A stretch of 64,000 bases of DNA from Myxococcales bacterium (GCA_013215565.1 JABSQV010000130.1:8880-72879), one strand, 5' to 3'. Shown: positions 27,213 through 37,326, counted from the stretch's first letter. Numbers and translations: made by a program. The notes: generated by a model not told the origin, from the sequence alone.

Positions 27213-28946
27213 TCAGAGCGCCGAGTACGAGCCACCCTGTTGCAAGAGGTCGTAGGCGATCCGGTCGTAGACATCGGCCAGGCGGAAGTGGTCGGCGGCG
27301 CTGCCTTCATGCCAGACGATCCGGCCCTTGTCCTCGTTGAGCACTCTGACCGGGGCGCGCATCTGATCGCTCCATCCGAGCACGGTGAACACGTCGGCGG
27401 GGAACGTGCGGCGCCTCTCCTGAATGTCGGCGAACGACACATCGAACACGGCCGTCCTGTCCACCCTGACTTCTTGGATCCGGTACTTGAGTTGCATCCC
27501 GTAAGGCAGCGCACCAACTCGCGGTGTCGGGAAGAACCGACAGAGCCAGACCTGGGCGCCCCCGTTGTTGATGAAGTAGTCCCTCAGCTCTTGCGCCTTG
27601 TGGGTCTCGGGCTGGGCGTCGATCACGCATGACTTGACGTGGTAGCGGATCAGCGCATCCTGCACCTCGTCGAAGGTGCGGCACGCCTGCACCAGCACAG
27701 CTCGGCGCACCGGGGGCAGGCTCGCGTCGGGCTTGCCGTTCTGGCCCTTGGCGGCCTCGATGACGCTGATGGACAGGTTCATCACCGAGCCCACATCGAT
27801 CCCCGCGGTCACGGTCAGCCGTCGATATTGGTCCCCGCCCGAGTAGTCGAGGTTGTCCCCGATGGCGGCGGCCTCCAGCATCGACTGGTCCAGCCTCGCC
27901 CCGGAGTACTCGAATGGGATCCCCAGCACCGAGCAGTAGAACGCGGCGAGCTTGGTCGGGTCGCCCTGCGCCTTGAGCCACTCCAGGTACAGGTCGGTGA
28001 GGCGCTGAGACAGGACATCGAGTCGCGACATCCAATAGCCGCGTGTCGAGCCCTCCCCCTCGGCGACCCAGAGTGCTCCAGCAGCGACCCGATCGAAGGG
28101 CTCGGTGCATCGCCGACACACGGGTCGGATGTCGGGGCCGCCCTCCCAGTTGCCCTGGACGTGGTTGTGGGCCTGGGCGCCCGCCCACCCCTTGTGGTCG
28201 CGAGGCAACCACTGCCCAGTGCCCTCGTCCCTTCGGACCACGTTGATGAACCAGTCCACGGGCTGGCGCTCGCCACAGTGTCCGCACTGCATGTACCAGC
28301 GACGGCGATCGCTCTCATCGTAGAGGCGCGAGATCCCGACGTTGGGCAGCGTCGGGTTCCCCAGTCGGATCATCTGGGGGTAGGGGCTCTCTCTGAGTCG
28401 GTCCTTGGCCTTGGCGAGGTTCTCTGGATCGCAGTGGTCGAACTCGTCCACGATCAGCAGGTCGGCCGAGAACTCCACGAAGTCGCCGGGGGTGTTCGAT
28501 CCGAGGAACAGCATCGAGCCCGCGCCGAACTTCTTGAGCTTCAGGCTCCCCGTCCTCGCCTTCTTGGCCTTTTCGTTGCCCATGGTCATGCCGCCGGGGC
28601 ACCGCTCACGGTATGCGGGCACGAATCGCAGGAGGGGATCCACCCGCTGCTTCACGAACCGATCTCGGATCGAGTAGGTCGGAAGCACATAGGCAACGAT
28701 GCGACCTTGCCACCCAGCCTTCTGAAGCGCGATCTGGACCGACAGTTCGGACATCCCTGTCTGCACGGCCTTGCGGATCACCCAGTCGTTGCAGTTGGCG
28801 GCATCGGCGTACAACTCGATGAGGTACGGCTTGTCGACGAACGACATTGGCGTGCCGCGAGTCGATTGATGATGCGACAGCGCGAGACCCAGGACGGGAT
28901 GCTCGGCAGAGAGCTTCGCCATCGTCGAGTGGTACTGGTCGAGCAT
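27213..28946 (-). CDS. terminase large subunit (lambda GpA-like)
   Basis: KAVQTGMS Walker-A variant resembling lambda gpA KSARVGYS; LLIVDEFDH Walker B; 577 aa; first gene of leftward late operon. Confidence 0.8.
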   Translation of the reverse strand: MLDQYHSTMAKLSAEHPVLGLALSHHQSTRGTPMSFVDKPYLIELYADAANCNDWVIRKAVQTGMSELSVQIALQKAGWQGRIVAYVLPTYSIRDRFVKQRVDPLLRFVPAYRERCPGGMTMGNEKAKKARTGSLKLKKFGAGSMLFLGSNTPGDFVEFSADLLIVDEFDHCDPENLAKAKDRLRESPYPQMIRLGNPTLPNVGISRLYDESDRRRWYMQCGHCGERQPVDWFINVVRRDEGTGQWLPRDHKGWAGAQAHNHVQGNWEGGPDIRPVCRRCTEPFDRVAAGALWVAEGEGSTRGYWMSRLDVLSQRLTDLYLEWLKAQGDPTKLAAFYCSVLGIPFEYSGARLDQSMLEAAAIGDNLDYSGGDQYRRLTVTAGIDVGSVMNLSISVIEAAKGQNGKPDASLPPVRRAVLVQACRTFDEVQDALIRYHVKSCVIDAQPETHKAQELRDYFINNGGAQVWLCRFFPTPRVGALPYGMQLKYRIQEVRVDRTAVFDVSFADIQERRRTFPADVFTVLGWSDQMRAPVRVLNEDKGRIVWHEGSAADHFRLADVYDRIAYDLLQQGGSYSAL

Positions 28947-29138
28947 TCACCAAAGGTGCCGCCCAGCCCGACCGAAGTCAAGATGGGCGGCCTCATTGGG
29001 TTGTAGATGGAGCGACGAGGTCGGGCCTGCTCCGCCTTTCCCTGGGGGGTACCCAAGGCCCCACTACCGGGTCATCGCCCGATCACCGTAGCATGGGCCA
29101 ACGTGGTACACCAATCAGGGACGCCCAGGAGGTGCAGA

Positions 29139-29735
29139 GTGTCGAAGGCAGCGAAGGCAGAGCCAGTCGAGGAAGACCAGGCCGCGAAGTGGGTCAAACG
29201 AGAGTTGCTTGAACCCTGGGTCGGCAACCCCCGCGACAATGAGAAGGCGGTCGACCCGGTGGCGTTGTCGATCGAGCGGTTCGGGTTCGGAGCTCCGATC
29301 GTCGCGTGGAAGCCCGAGACCCCCATGGTTATCGCTGGGCACACTCGGCTCAAGGCCGCGACCAAGCTGGGCCTCGCCGAGGTACCTGTCCGCTGGATGT
29401 CGCACCTGACCGAAGCAGAGGCGAAGGCACTCGCCCTGGCCGACAATCGACTCGGTGAGTTGGCCGACTGGAACTTCGAAGGGCTGCAGGGAGAGATCCA
29501 GGCCCTCGCTGAGCAGGATGTCGACCTGTCGGGTCTGGGTTGGGCCGGCAACGAGTTGGAGGTGCTCAAAGGCAACCTCGAACAGTTCCTCCCGAAGCAG
29601 AAGCCGAAGCCGCCGAAGTCGTTGGAGTCTGAGCACTACATCGAGATCCGCTGCACCAACGAGCGACTGAATGAGATCCAGGATCAACTGCTCGCCTGGG
29701 ACGGTGAGGAAGACATCGAGGTACAGATCGCATGA
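29139..29735 (+). CDS. ParB-like nuclease domain protein
   Basis: GTG at 29139 with AGGAGG SD; NPR...GHTRLKAA ParB/Srx motifs. Confidence 0.6.
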   Translation: MSKAAKAEPVEEDQAAKWVKRELLEPWVGNPRDNEKAVDPVALSIERFGFGAPIVAWKPETPMVIAGHTRLKAATKLGLAEVPVRWMSHLTEAEAKALALADNRLGELADWNFEGLQGEIQALAEQDVDLSGLGWAGNELEVLKGNLEQFLPKQKPKPPKSLESEHYIEIRCTNERLNEIQDQLLAWDGEEDIEVQIA

Positions 29736-30580
29736 CCACCCCAGGCACCGAGCGCAACGTCAAGCAGGCCGAGAGGTTCGTCCAAGAGCACGATGGTCGA
29801 GTGACCTTCCAAGGCAAGTGCGAGGGCGAGGCGTGGCAGAAGCAGCTCCGAGATCGCTACCTGCATGAGGGCGCGCCGCCCGTCGACTTGAAGCTCAAGC
29901 GAGCCCGCGTGATCCCCGTCACCCGTCGACTCGCCGAACACATCATCTTCAAGTACGAGTGGCTCGGCACGATGGTGTCGACGGGTCGCCACTACGGGAT
30001 CTTCTTTGGTCCCTACTGCGCTGGGGTGACCTGCTCAGGCGTTGGATGCACTGGGGGCACCAACACGGCGAAGATGTTCGGCATGGAGACTCAGGAGATG
30101 TTGACCTTCGCCAGAGGGGCATGCGTCCACTGGGCACCAACGGGGGCCAACTCCAAGTTGGTGTCGTGGTCCTGCCGTCACCTCGCCGAGCACGGTCGGC
30201 TGACCGTCGCCTACGCAGATACCGACGCTGGGGAGATCGGGACAATCTACCAGGCGTGCGGTTGGACCTACATCGGCAAGGGCAGCTCGACGCGGCAGTG
30301 GGTCAGTCCCGAGGGCAAGATCCTCGATCAGAAGACCCCCGGCAACCTCGTTGAGCAGCGGGGGTTCCCGTCGAACAGCGGCGGCTGGCTCAAAGGTCAG
30401 CGCGCCCAGTGGGTTCAGGCGATGAGGGACGCGGGCTGGGTCGAGCAGATCACGAACCCGAAACACCGGTACGTTAAGGTGCTCCGGAAGCGGGACAAGG
30501 AACTGCATGCCCGGATCGCGGACATGGCGCAGCCCTACCCGAAGCGAGTGGGCACCTCGGCGGCCGCCGCCTCTCAGTAG
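29732..30580 (+). CDS. hypothetical protein (282 aa)
   Basis: Overlapping start with ParB gene; Cys/Gly-rich central region. Confidence 0.45.
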   Translation: MTTPGTERNVKQAERFVQEHDGRVTFQGKCEGEAWQKQLRDRYLHEGAPPVDLKLKRARVIPVTRRLAEHIIFKYEWLGTMVSTGRHYGIFFGPYCAGVTCSGVGCTGGTNTAKMFGMETQEMLTFARGACVHWAPTGANSKLVSWSCRHLAEHGRLTVAYADTDAGEIGTIYQACGWTYIGKGSSTRQWVSPEGKILDQKTPGNLVEQRGFPSNSGGWLKGQRAQWVQAMRDAGWVEQITNPKHRYVKVLRKRDKELHARIADMAQPYPKRVGTSAAAASQ

Positions 30581-30612
30581 AGGCGGCGGCGGATGGATTC
30601 TCGCCAACCCTT
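30575..30612. terminator. bidirectional factor-independent terminator hairpin
   Basis: GCCGCCGCCTC-TACT-GAGGCGGCGGC perfect 11-bp stem immediately after stop of 29732..30580 and downstream of leftward mini-ORF. Confidence 0.55.
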
Positions 30613-30690
30613 CAGTCGTTGTTGATGACCTTGACAGAGTCAGCGTAGGGCGTGACGATCTCAAAGCTGGTCGATGTTCGTCGTGGTCAT

Positions 30691-30753
30691 TGTCTGCTCT
30701 CTGTTGGTAGGTCCAATATAGAGGATCGACATCTCATTGGATACCGGCAATCC
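30691..30753 (-). repeat. start-associated repeat, type A, orphan copy before 9-codon ORF
   Basis: core GGTAGGTCCAATATAG plus GGATACCGGCAATCC. Confidence 0.75.
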
Positions 30754-30756
30754 AGG

Positions 30757-30990
30757 TTATTCCCCGATCATTTCCGACCGCCGAGAAATCTGTGCGTCCA
30801 TCGCGTCGAGTACCTCGTCGAGATCCAGGCGGCCCCATTGGTCCACCAGCATGGCCGAGACGCCGTCATACCACCCCTCGCGGGTGTATTCGGCGATGTC
30901 GTCGTCGGTCATGGCGGCAATGATGTGGGCGGCGGCGGCCTCATCGTCGTCGGTCATGGCGGTAAGGGCTTCGGTAGTGGTGGCGGTCAT
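30757..30990 (-). CDS. small acidic hypothetical protein
   Basis: ATG at 30990 abutting conserved repeat; MTATTTEALTAMTDDDEAAAAH. Confidence 0.45.
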   Translation of the reverse strand: MTATTTEALTAMTDDDEAAAAHIIAAMTDDDIAEYTREGWYDGVSAMLVDQWGRLDLDEVLDAMDAQISRRSEMIGE

Positions 30991-31053
30991 GTTGTCCTCT
31001 CTGTTGGTAGGTCCATCCTACTTGGAGATCCGCGACTTGGATACCGGCCAACT
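30991..31053 (-). repeat. start-associated repeat, type A
   Basis: core plus GGATACCGGCCAACTC. Confidence 0.8.
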
Positions 31054-31072
31054 CGGTTTCACCCGACTTTAT

Positions 31073-31642
31073 TTAGACGACGGCATCGCCGAACGGCTCG
31101 ATGTCTCGGGCATCGCCGTGGTGGACCAGCGTGTTCTCCGGCCAGGGCACTGCCTCGAGTTTCCGCAACCTCGGCTTGGGAGCATCGAGAGTGTGCCTCC
31201 ACTCGCCCTGCTTGCTCTTGGGTCCGAGGGTGATTCGCCGAGAGGCCATCCCAGCGTGCGGACCCTTGCAGCCGAACGACCTCTGAAGGAGCCACAACCA
31301 CGCGGCAGCTCGGGCGGGGCCTGGGTCCATCTTGGGGAGCTGCTTGCGGAGTTGGATCCAGGTCTCGACCTGTTCGGCGTCGTTGCCAGCGTTCCACGGG
31401 TTCATCTCGAACCCGAGATCGAACCCACCAACGATGTGCGACCACGCCTCGCCCCATGGGCCAACCTCACAGAGCATCACCGCGTCGGCACCCTCACCAG
31501 CTCGCAGCCCCAGCGACTCAAGGATCGCCCTCGCGTACTTGCGTTTGGCTCCCTGGTACGAGACTGGGGGCACGGCCCGGGCACCGCCGATCAGACGTAG
31601 GGTCACGGCGGCCGATCCACAGCACAGCTCGACCCACTTCAT
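31073..31642 (-). CDS. hypothetical protein with FxGxG-like motif (possible SAM-binding methyltransferase-like)
   Basis: MKWVELCCGSAAVTL then YQGAKRKYARAIL; translationally coupled to lipoprotein gene (TGATGA). Confidence 0.4.
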   Translation of the reverse strand: MKWVELCCGSAAVTLRLIGGARAVPPVSYQGAKRKYARAILESLGLRAGEGADAVMLCEVGPWGEAWSHIVGGFDLGFEMNPWNAGNDAEQVETWIQLRKQLPKMDPGPARAAAWLWLLQRSFGCKGPHAGMASRRITLGPKSKQGEWRHTLDAPKPRLRKLEAVPWPENTLVHHGDARDIEPFGDAVV

Positions 31643-32349
31643 CAGAGCGCCAACGTCCTGATGGCGTGCTCGGTGAGTCCCTGATCGTAGCTCGGGGCGC
31701 AGATGTCCTGGTGGACCCCGCCGGCCAAATTGGCGACCTCGATCTGGGACCAGCCGACCTGCTGGGCGGTCGGGCACAGCGGATCACCGCTGACGATGGA
31801 CGAGAGCATCACCCGATCGGTGTAGGACAGCGCCTCGGCCATGAAGGCGTTGGCGGAGATGGACTCATCGCTGTGGGCCGAGAGGACGACGATGCTCAGT
31901 GTCGATCCGGGCCTGACGATCTCATGCCTGCGCAGGGTCGCGAGGATCATCGACATCCCCTGATCGGATGCAGCCCCGAGCCCAAGGACGACGGCCTGGC
32001 CCAGCTCGGCCGGATCGTCGCTGCCCCAGACCCGCGCCTCGATCTGCGAGCTGTTGCCGGTGATGACCGTCGCGGTCCAGTCGACGCCTTCCAGCTCGGC
32101 GACCAGCGAGGGGATGGCCTCGGCGAGTCGATCCTGCTCGTATGCCCACCCTCCGACATCGACCGAGAACAGCAGATCGACCGGGTGGACGATCTGCTCA
32201 CCCGTGCCGGTGTCGACATCGGTATCGACATCGGTATCGGCATCGGTATCGGCATCGGCGACGGGTTCGGTCGGGGTCTTGCCGATGACGGGCTCGACCA
32301 GCTCGGGTGCAGAACACCCACCCAGTAGCAACGTGATCAGAATTCTCAT
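31642..32349 (-). CDS. secreted lipoprotein with (D-A/T/V) repeat linker
   Basis: MRILITLLLGGCSAPE signal peptide with LLGGC lipobox; DADTDADTDVDTDVDTG repeat. Confidence 0.6.
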   Translation of the reverse strand: MRILITLLLGGCSAPELVEPVIGKTPTEPVADADTDADTDVDTDVDTGTGEQIVHPVDLLFSVDVGGWAYEQDRLAEAIPSLVAELEGVDWTATVITGNSSQIEARVWGSDDPAELGQAVVLGLGAASDQGMSMILATLRRHEIVRPGSTLSIVVLSAHSDESISANAFMAEALSYTDRVMLSSIVSGDPLCPTAQQVGWSQIEVANLAGGVHQDICAPSYDQGLTEHAIRTLAL

Positions 32350-32371
32350 GACGGCCTCCCAGACCTTCGAT

Positions 32372-32686
32372 TCAAAGGGAATGTACTCGGCGAGGCAGGA
32401 GGCGCGCGAGGTAGAGCGCCATGGCAGTGGGTTGCCATGCTGGATGGGTGAGCATGATCGCCCCCAGGTCGTCGAGCGCGGTGAAGTCCCACTCCATATT
32501 GGTGATCTTCATCTCGACGGTGTGCGGGAAGTCGATGACGCTCTCGGCTGTAGTCGACAGCCCGAGACCAGGCCAGGTCGGTCTCGAATACGAGGATCGG
32601 ACCAGAGGTGATTCACCAATCTGGTACCAGTCGCCCTTGCCGTCGCTGATCGTCAGGGTGCTCACGGCCCGCTCCTCGGTGGCCAC
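32372..32686 (-). CDS. hypothetical protein
   Basis: 104-aa ORF. Confidence 0.4.
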   Translation of the reverse strand: MATEERAVSTLTISDGKGDWYQIGESPLVRSSYSRPTWPGLGLSTTAESVIDFPHTVEMKITNMEWDFTALDDLGAIMLTHPAWQPTAMALYLARLLPRRVHSL

Positions 32687-32832
32687 ATCTGCTTGGTATC
32701 AGTATCGACGATCAGCGATCGACCACCTCGCAGGACGACGGCGACGATGCTGGTCCGCTCGCTCCACTCGACCACCCGGGAAACGAACGTGTTGGGATAC
32801 GCCTCGGCGACCACCTCAAGCGCGATGGTCAT
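32662..32832 (-). CDS. small hypothetical protein
   Basis: Protein-like part MTIALEVVAEAYPNTFVSRVVEWSERTSIVAVVLRGG of ORF 32662..33153. Confidence 0.3.
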   Translation of the reverse strand: MTIALEVVAEAYPNTFVSRVVEWSERTSIVAVVLRGGRSLIVDTDTKQMWPPRSGP

Positions 32833-32855
32833 CGGGGGCTTGGCATTGTCAGCCC

Positions 32856-32958
32856 TCACGGGAGCCGCTCGAGGACGTAGACCATCGAGTCGAACAGGAC
32901 GAACAGGGCGAGGGCGGAGACCAAGATGGCCATGGTGATCTTGTAGGCGCGGGTCATG
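32856..32958 (-). CDS. 33-aa single-pass membrane peptide
   Basis: ATG overlapping stop of NTase gene (cATGAtg); MTRAYKITMAILVSALALFVLFDSMVYVLERLP. Confidence 0.35.
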
Positions 32959-33646
32959 ATGCTTCCCTGATGATGTTGATCTCGATGTTGAGGTTTCGTC
33001 CCAGGATCTCATCGCGGCCAGGGTCTGAGCGCGGGTCGAAGATCCAGCCAGGGTGGCCCTGCCTGAGGGCGATGTCGATGTCGCCCTTGAACCCTCGCGG
33101 GTCCAGGCCGAAGGTCGCGGTGTACTTCTTGAACCGCATCGAGCCGATCTCATGCATCGGGATCAACTCCCGCGCCCGCAGGTCATCGAGCGCGCCGCGG
33201 ACTGCCATGAGCACAGCCCCGTCGGTCGCGACCGCGCAGGCGCGCACATCGAACCGCGCGATGGCATCGGCGACCGACTTGCACTGGATCAAGTCGACCT
33301 CGCCGACGCTGGGCACCAGCAGCTTGGCTCGGTGCTCGCTGGGCGTGCTCTCGGAGTTGGGCGACTGGGTGGCCCCTGCAAGCTGCAGCAGATCGAACAC
33401 CTCGCCGAACGCCTTCCCCGGCATGAAGAGGTCGAGGTCACAGGTGAGGGTGTCCATCCCGAGCAGGGCGCGAGCGACAGACCCGCCGGCGACCGCTCCC
33501 CGATGTCGACGGCCGACGATGCCGAGGAGCGCGTTGACTCGCTGCCTCAGGATGCGCACCGGCTCCATCGATCGCCAGTGTGCGATCCGAAAGAGGCGAT
33601 GGAGCTCGATGTCGACGGTTCGGCAGCTGGTCGGGTCGAGGTTCAT
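32954..33646 (-). CDS. minimal nucleotidyltransferase-fold protein (Pol-beta superfamily)
   Basis: GGSVARALLGMDTLTCDLDLF equals GS-x12-DxD nucleotidyltransferase signature; 230 aa. Confidence 0.5.
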   Translation of the reverse strand: MNLDPTSCRTVDIELHRLFRIAHWRSMEPVRILRQRVNALLGIVGRRHRGAVAGGSVARALLGMDTLTCDLDLFMPGKAFGEVFDLLQLAGATQSPNSESTPSEHRAKLLVPSVGEVDLIQCKSVADAIARFDVRACAVATDGAVLMAVRGALDDLRARELIPMHEIGSMRFKKYTATFGLDPRGFKGDIDIALRQGHPGWIFDPRSDPGRDEILGRNLNIEINIIREAS

Positions 33647-34119
33647 GACTGGGGCTCGCGGTCGACGGGGATGTCGGGAGGGCTGTGGTTGAAGTTGAAG
33701 TGCCCCGGCGGGTCGAGGTAGTCGAGGCGACGGGCGGCCGCCTTGAGGGACTTGGCTGGGGTGCGCTTGATCAGGTCAATGATGACGGCCTTGGCGAGAT
33801 CGGTGTCCTGCTCCATCGCGTCGGGCCACCCGCCAGGGCAGCACTCGGTGTTGATGCAGTGGGCGGCACCCGCGTCCAGCATCTCCTCGACCAGGGCGAG
33901 GAGAGCCTTCTTGGTGACGGCGCGGCTCATCGGAGTGCCAGCCTTGCCGCGACGCAGCCAGTCCCAGACCTCGTTCGCTCGACCGGTGAACACGATCGTG
34001 CCGTCGGGCTCGCAGATGTGGTGCTTGCCCGTCGACTCGGAGTCGGTAGCTCGGTAGTGGAACAGGCCGAGGATCGACAGGACGTCGTTCAGGGTGTAGC
34101 TGGGATCAGCCTTCAACAT
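33643..34119 (-). CDS. hypothetical protein
   Basis: Protein-like from MLKADPSYTLND; Cys pairs HHICEP and CINTECCPGG. Confidence 0.45.
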   Translation of the reverse strand: MLKADPSYTLNDVLSILGLFHYRATDSESTGKHHICEPDGTIVFTGRANEVWDWLRRGKAGTPMSRAVTKKALLALVEEMLDAGAAHCINTECCPGGWPDAMEQDTDLAKAVIIDLIKRTPAKSLKAAARRLDYLDPPGHFNFNHSPPDIPVDREPQS

Positions 34120-34318
34120 CGGACACCTCGTAGGGCTCGACAGCGCCGCAGGGGCATCCGTCATCGGTGATGGTCTCGTGGCACTGGGTGCAGACGACCG
34201 ACTCGGCGAGCAGCTCAAGGCGCTGGTCCTCATCGAATCGGATGTGGACCGACTGGTCACAGTCGCCGTAGTCGTAGGAGCCGCAGATGTCGCAGCCGTA
34301 GGGATTGGGGTTGAGCAT
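34106..34318 (-). CDS. small Cys-rich protein
   Basis: MLNPNPYGCDICGSYDYGDCDQ...CTQCHETITDDGCPCG. Confidence 0.45.
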   Translation of the reverse strand: MLNPNPYGCDICGSYDYGDCDQSVHIRFDEDQRLELLAESVVCTQCHETITDDGCPCGAVEPYEVSDVEG

Positions 34319-34674
34319 TAGAGGCAGTCTCCGCCGAGGATGAAGGACTCGATCGTGGCGCTGCCGTACCCGTCGCCCTCAAAGGTCATGATGGCGCGGC
34401 CTTGACGCCGACGGAACTCGCGCTTGACGACCTTGAGGTCGGCCTGGACATCGGCGAACGTGTAGGTCTCGGTCTTCTCATCGTAGGAGGTCACGACGGT
34501 CGTGGTGACGCCCTCGGCGACACCCGAATCACGCGCGGCAGCAACGGCCGCGTTGTTGTCTTCGGACACGTAGTTGATGGCGGCGAGCCAGGCGGTCTCG
34601 ACCGACTTGAACACGCCGAGGTTCCCGTCTTCGGAGCCGCGAAGTATATAGACTGCTTTGTTGCGCTTCGACAT
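34318..34674 (-). CDS. hypothetical protein
   Basis: ATG at 34674 (MSKRNKAVYILRG) abutting conserved repeat; repeat-embedded ATG at ~34701 is in frame (MDLPTERHT-MSKR). Confidence 0.5.
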   Translation of the reverse strand: MSKRNKAVYILRGSEDGNLGVFKSVETAWLAAINYVSEDNNAAVAAARDSGVAEGVTTTVVTSYDEKTETYTFADVQADLKVVKREFRRRQGRAIMTFEGDGYGSATIESFILGGDCL

Positions 34675-34738
34675 TGTGTGCCTCTCTGTTGGTAGGTCCA
34701 TCCTATCGGAGTACCCATCTCTTGTATACCGGCAAACC
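34675..34738 (-). repeat. start-associated repeat, type A
   Basis: core plus GTATACCGGCAAACC. Confidence 0.8.
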
Positions 34739-34903
34739 GAGGTTTCTCGGTGCCTTTCTCGGATTCTAGCGACCGTTGGTCTCGACGTAGAAGGAGCAGA
34801 GGCCGCCGTCGATGCTCGGGTGGAAGTTCCAGCCCTCGTCATCCCGCTTGTCGATCGTGCCGACTTCGATGCCGTCTAGGTCGTTTCCTCGATTTAGGCA
34901 GCG

Positions 34904-35342
34904 GAACCCCAAACCCTCACCTGGCCGCTGAACCCTCGGGTCTCGAACAGGTCGCGCCTGGACCGCAGAGTGCGAGTCAGCGACTCGCGGCGGGCGGACT
35001 CGATGTCCAACTCGACCATGATCTCTTTGACGGTCATCGAACCGACACGGCCCAGCAACTCAACGACGCGGGCGCGGAGGGTGCCCGACTTGGCGCGCTT
35101 CTTCGGCTCGGGCGTGCCCTTGCCGAACTGCTTGCCGGCCCCGGTCAGAACCCAACCTGGTAGATGAAGTGACCGTCAATGAGCTTGGCTTCGGAGAGCT
35201 GCTCGATGACCGACAGGCTGTGCTTGAAGACGATTCCGTCCGTCGGGTGGTACAGCTCGGCGCTGCCCGTCTGGCCGCCGTCGGGGAGGCCCAGCCATCT
35301 TGCAGGAGGGCGAGGGCTGTGCGGGCTGCTTTCGTGAGGGTC
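34904..35342 (-). CDS. winged-helix DNA-binding protein, interrupted by two apparent frameshifts
   Basis: ATG at ~35342 abutting repeat gives MTLTKAARTALALLQDGW. High-GC3 coding then continues in -1 frame (GGQTGSAELYHPTDGIVFKHSLSVIEQLSEAKLIDGHFIYQVGF). It continues again in the third frame (GKGTPEPKKRAKSGTLRARVVELLGRVGSMTVKEIMVELDIESARRESLTRTLRSRRDLFE) ending ~34904. Shifts occur at C/G runs. Confidence 0.3.
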
Positions 35343-35405
35343 ATTGTCTGCTCTCTGTTGGTAGGTCCATCCTACTGGTCTTCCAGTGGAATGGATACCG
35401 GCAAA
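35343..35405 (-). repeat. start-associated repeat, type A
   Basis: core plus GGATACCGGCAAACC. Confidence 0.8.
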
Positions 35406-35557
35406 CCTGACTTTCTCGGTCAGACCTCGATTAGTGCGTGCCCCTCGATCTGCAGCCCTGCATCGGCGAGCGCCTTCGCCCAGAGGCTCGCCCTGCCGCG
35501 GCCTGCTCACCGGGGGCCAGCTCGCTCAGAGCTGACCGATGCACGTACCGCGAGAAC

Positions 35558-35739
35558 CCGACCTGCTTCACAGCTCGGCGAGCGCCCGCCGCCGCTTTGG
35601 GCGGAGGGTGCTTCCCCCAACGATGTCCGGCCCGCCCTCGGGGATCTTCATGCGATCCCTGCGCTTGGGATCAACCTCGCGCTGGGACAGCTTGCTCGCG
35701 GTGTCGGGCACGTTACCCCTGGCCTTGTCCTCACTTTTC
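35558..35739 (-). CDS. small basic protein
   Basis: MPKKSEDKARGNVPDTASKLSQREVDPKRRDRMKIPEGGPDIVGGSTLRPKRRRALAEL; not in ORF table because under 60 aa threshold region. Confidence 0.35.
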
Positions 35740-36125
35740 TTCGGCATCGGATTCCTCTTGGCACTCCGAGCATATCGGATCGGAGTCGTCTTCGGGAGGG
35801 TCGACCATCGTGCCGCACTCGATGCACTCCACGCGCATCGGGATCCCGTCGAGCGCGTCGGCCAGCCCCAAGGGGGACGAGACCTCGCCGAGCAGCACCC
35901 CGCCGGCCTGGGCCAGGTAGCCCGTGACCTTCAAGAACCCGTCGGCCTCGTCGGGACCGCTGAAGCCCCGCCAGCTCGTTCGGGCCGGGTAGGCATCGGT
36001 GACTGTGCCGTCCTCTTCCTCCTCGAGGACGATGCACATCCCGAAGAGGTGCAGCGAGCGGTTCACCCACCACAGCAGTCCCGAGTCCCTGAATGCCTCC
36101 CACGGCTTGCGTTCGATGTTTCCGC

Positions 36126-36129
<4 letters not shown>
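35731..36129 (-). CDS. hypothetical protein with C-terminal zinc ribbon
   Basis: Start MSGNIERKPWEAF; VECIECG...CSEC. Confidence 0.45.
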
Positions 36130-36458
<329 letters not shown>

Positions 36459-36628
36459 CTCCTCACGGAAGCAGCCGGGGTGGCTGGGAGACAGTCACCC
36501 GCGCACCCCGACCTCGTTCTGGTGTTCGAGCGGGAAGTCGTCCGCCCGAGGAGAGGCGTGCCCTCTCCTCGCCGAGTTGTTGCGAACAATGGCGAAGCCC
36601 GCGACCCACATCGGCCAGGTCATCGGCA

Positions 36629-37326
36629 TCATCCCTCAGAGCCCTGGGCCACCGACTCGCAGACCGACTGGATCTGCTTGTCGAGGTCAGCGTGGGCTGT
36701 GCCCTCAAGCGCAGCCTTGAACGTCCCGCTCTCGGTCACCTCGCCGAGAGGACCGCTATCGACCATGTTCGCCCTCACGGCGATGTAGGCATGACCGTCG
36801 AAGGCGAGCAACTCGGCGAGTTTGCGCAGCAGGTGCTCCTCGGCACCGGGGGGCAGGGTCTGCAGGACGTAGATGCAGATCACGGTGTCGTACCGCTCAC
36901 GGTGGAGACCCTTGTCTCGGTGATTCGGATCCCAGCCTCGGCGGTTGCGCCTTTGGAGAGCAGCCCGTGGGTCGCGTTCTCCATCCACATGCGTTCGATG
37001 ACCTCATCGGTCAGGTCGTCCGAGATCGTGTCCCAGACCAGGACGCGGACATCGCCCCAGACGGTCGCCCTGATCGGCTCGTAGATCAGCCCAGTCCAAC
37101 TCGCCTCGAACTGCACTGGCGGCGGGGGCTCGATGGTGAAGGCGCCGGTCGCCTCGATGGCCCTGATCTTCTCGAACAGGAGCATCAACTCGATCGAGCG
37201 GATGCAGACCATCCACTCACAAGCCACCATCTCGTCGTCGGTCTTGTAGACCCGGTACGCCTTGGCGTTGAGGAGCAGCCCGACCACGTTGATCGGGAGT
37301 GGGATCGCTGGCAGCAGGCTCATCAA
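36629..37326 (-). CDS. SAM-dependent methyltransferase-like protein, apparent frameshift near 36890
   Basis: C-terminal frame YDTVICIYVLQTLPPGAEEHLLRKLAELLAFDGHAYIAV equals class I MTase motif; N-terminal part in ORF 36880..37326; frames overlap 36880-36988. Confidence 0.35.

Noticed and set aside
27639-29006. 455-aa plus-strand ORF
   Set aside because: Antisense to the terminase large subunit
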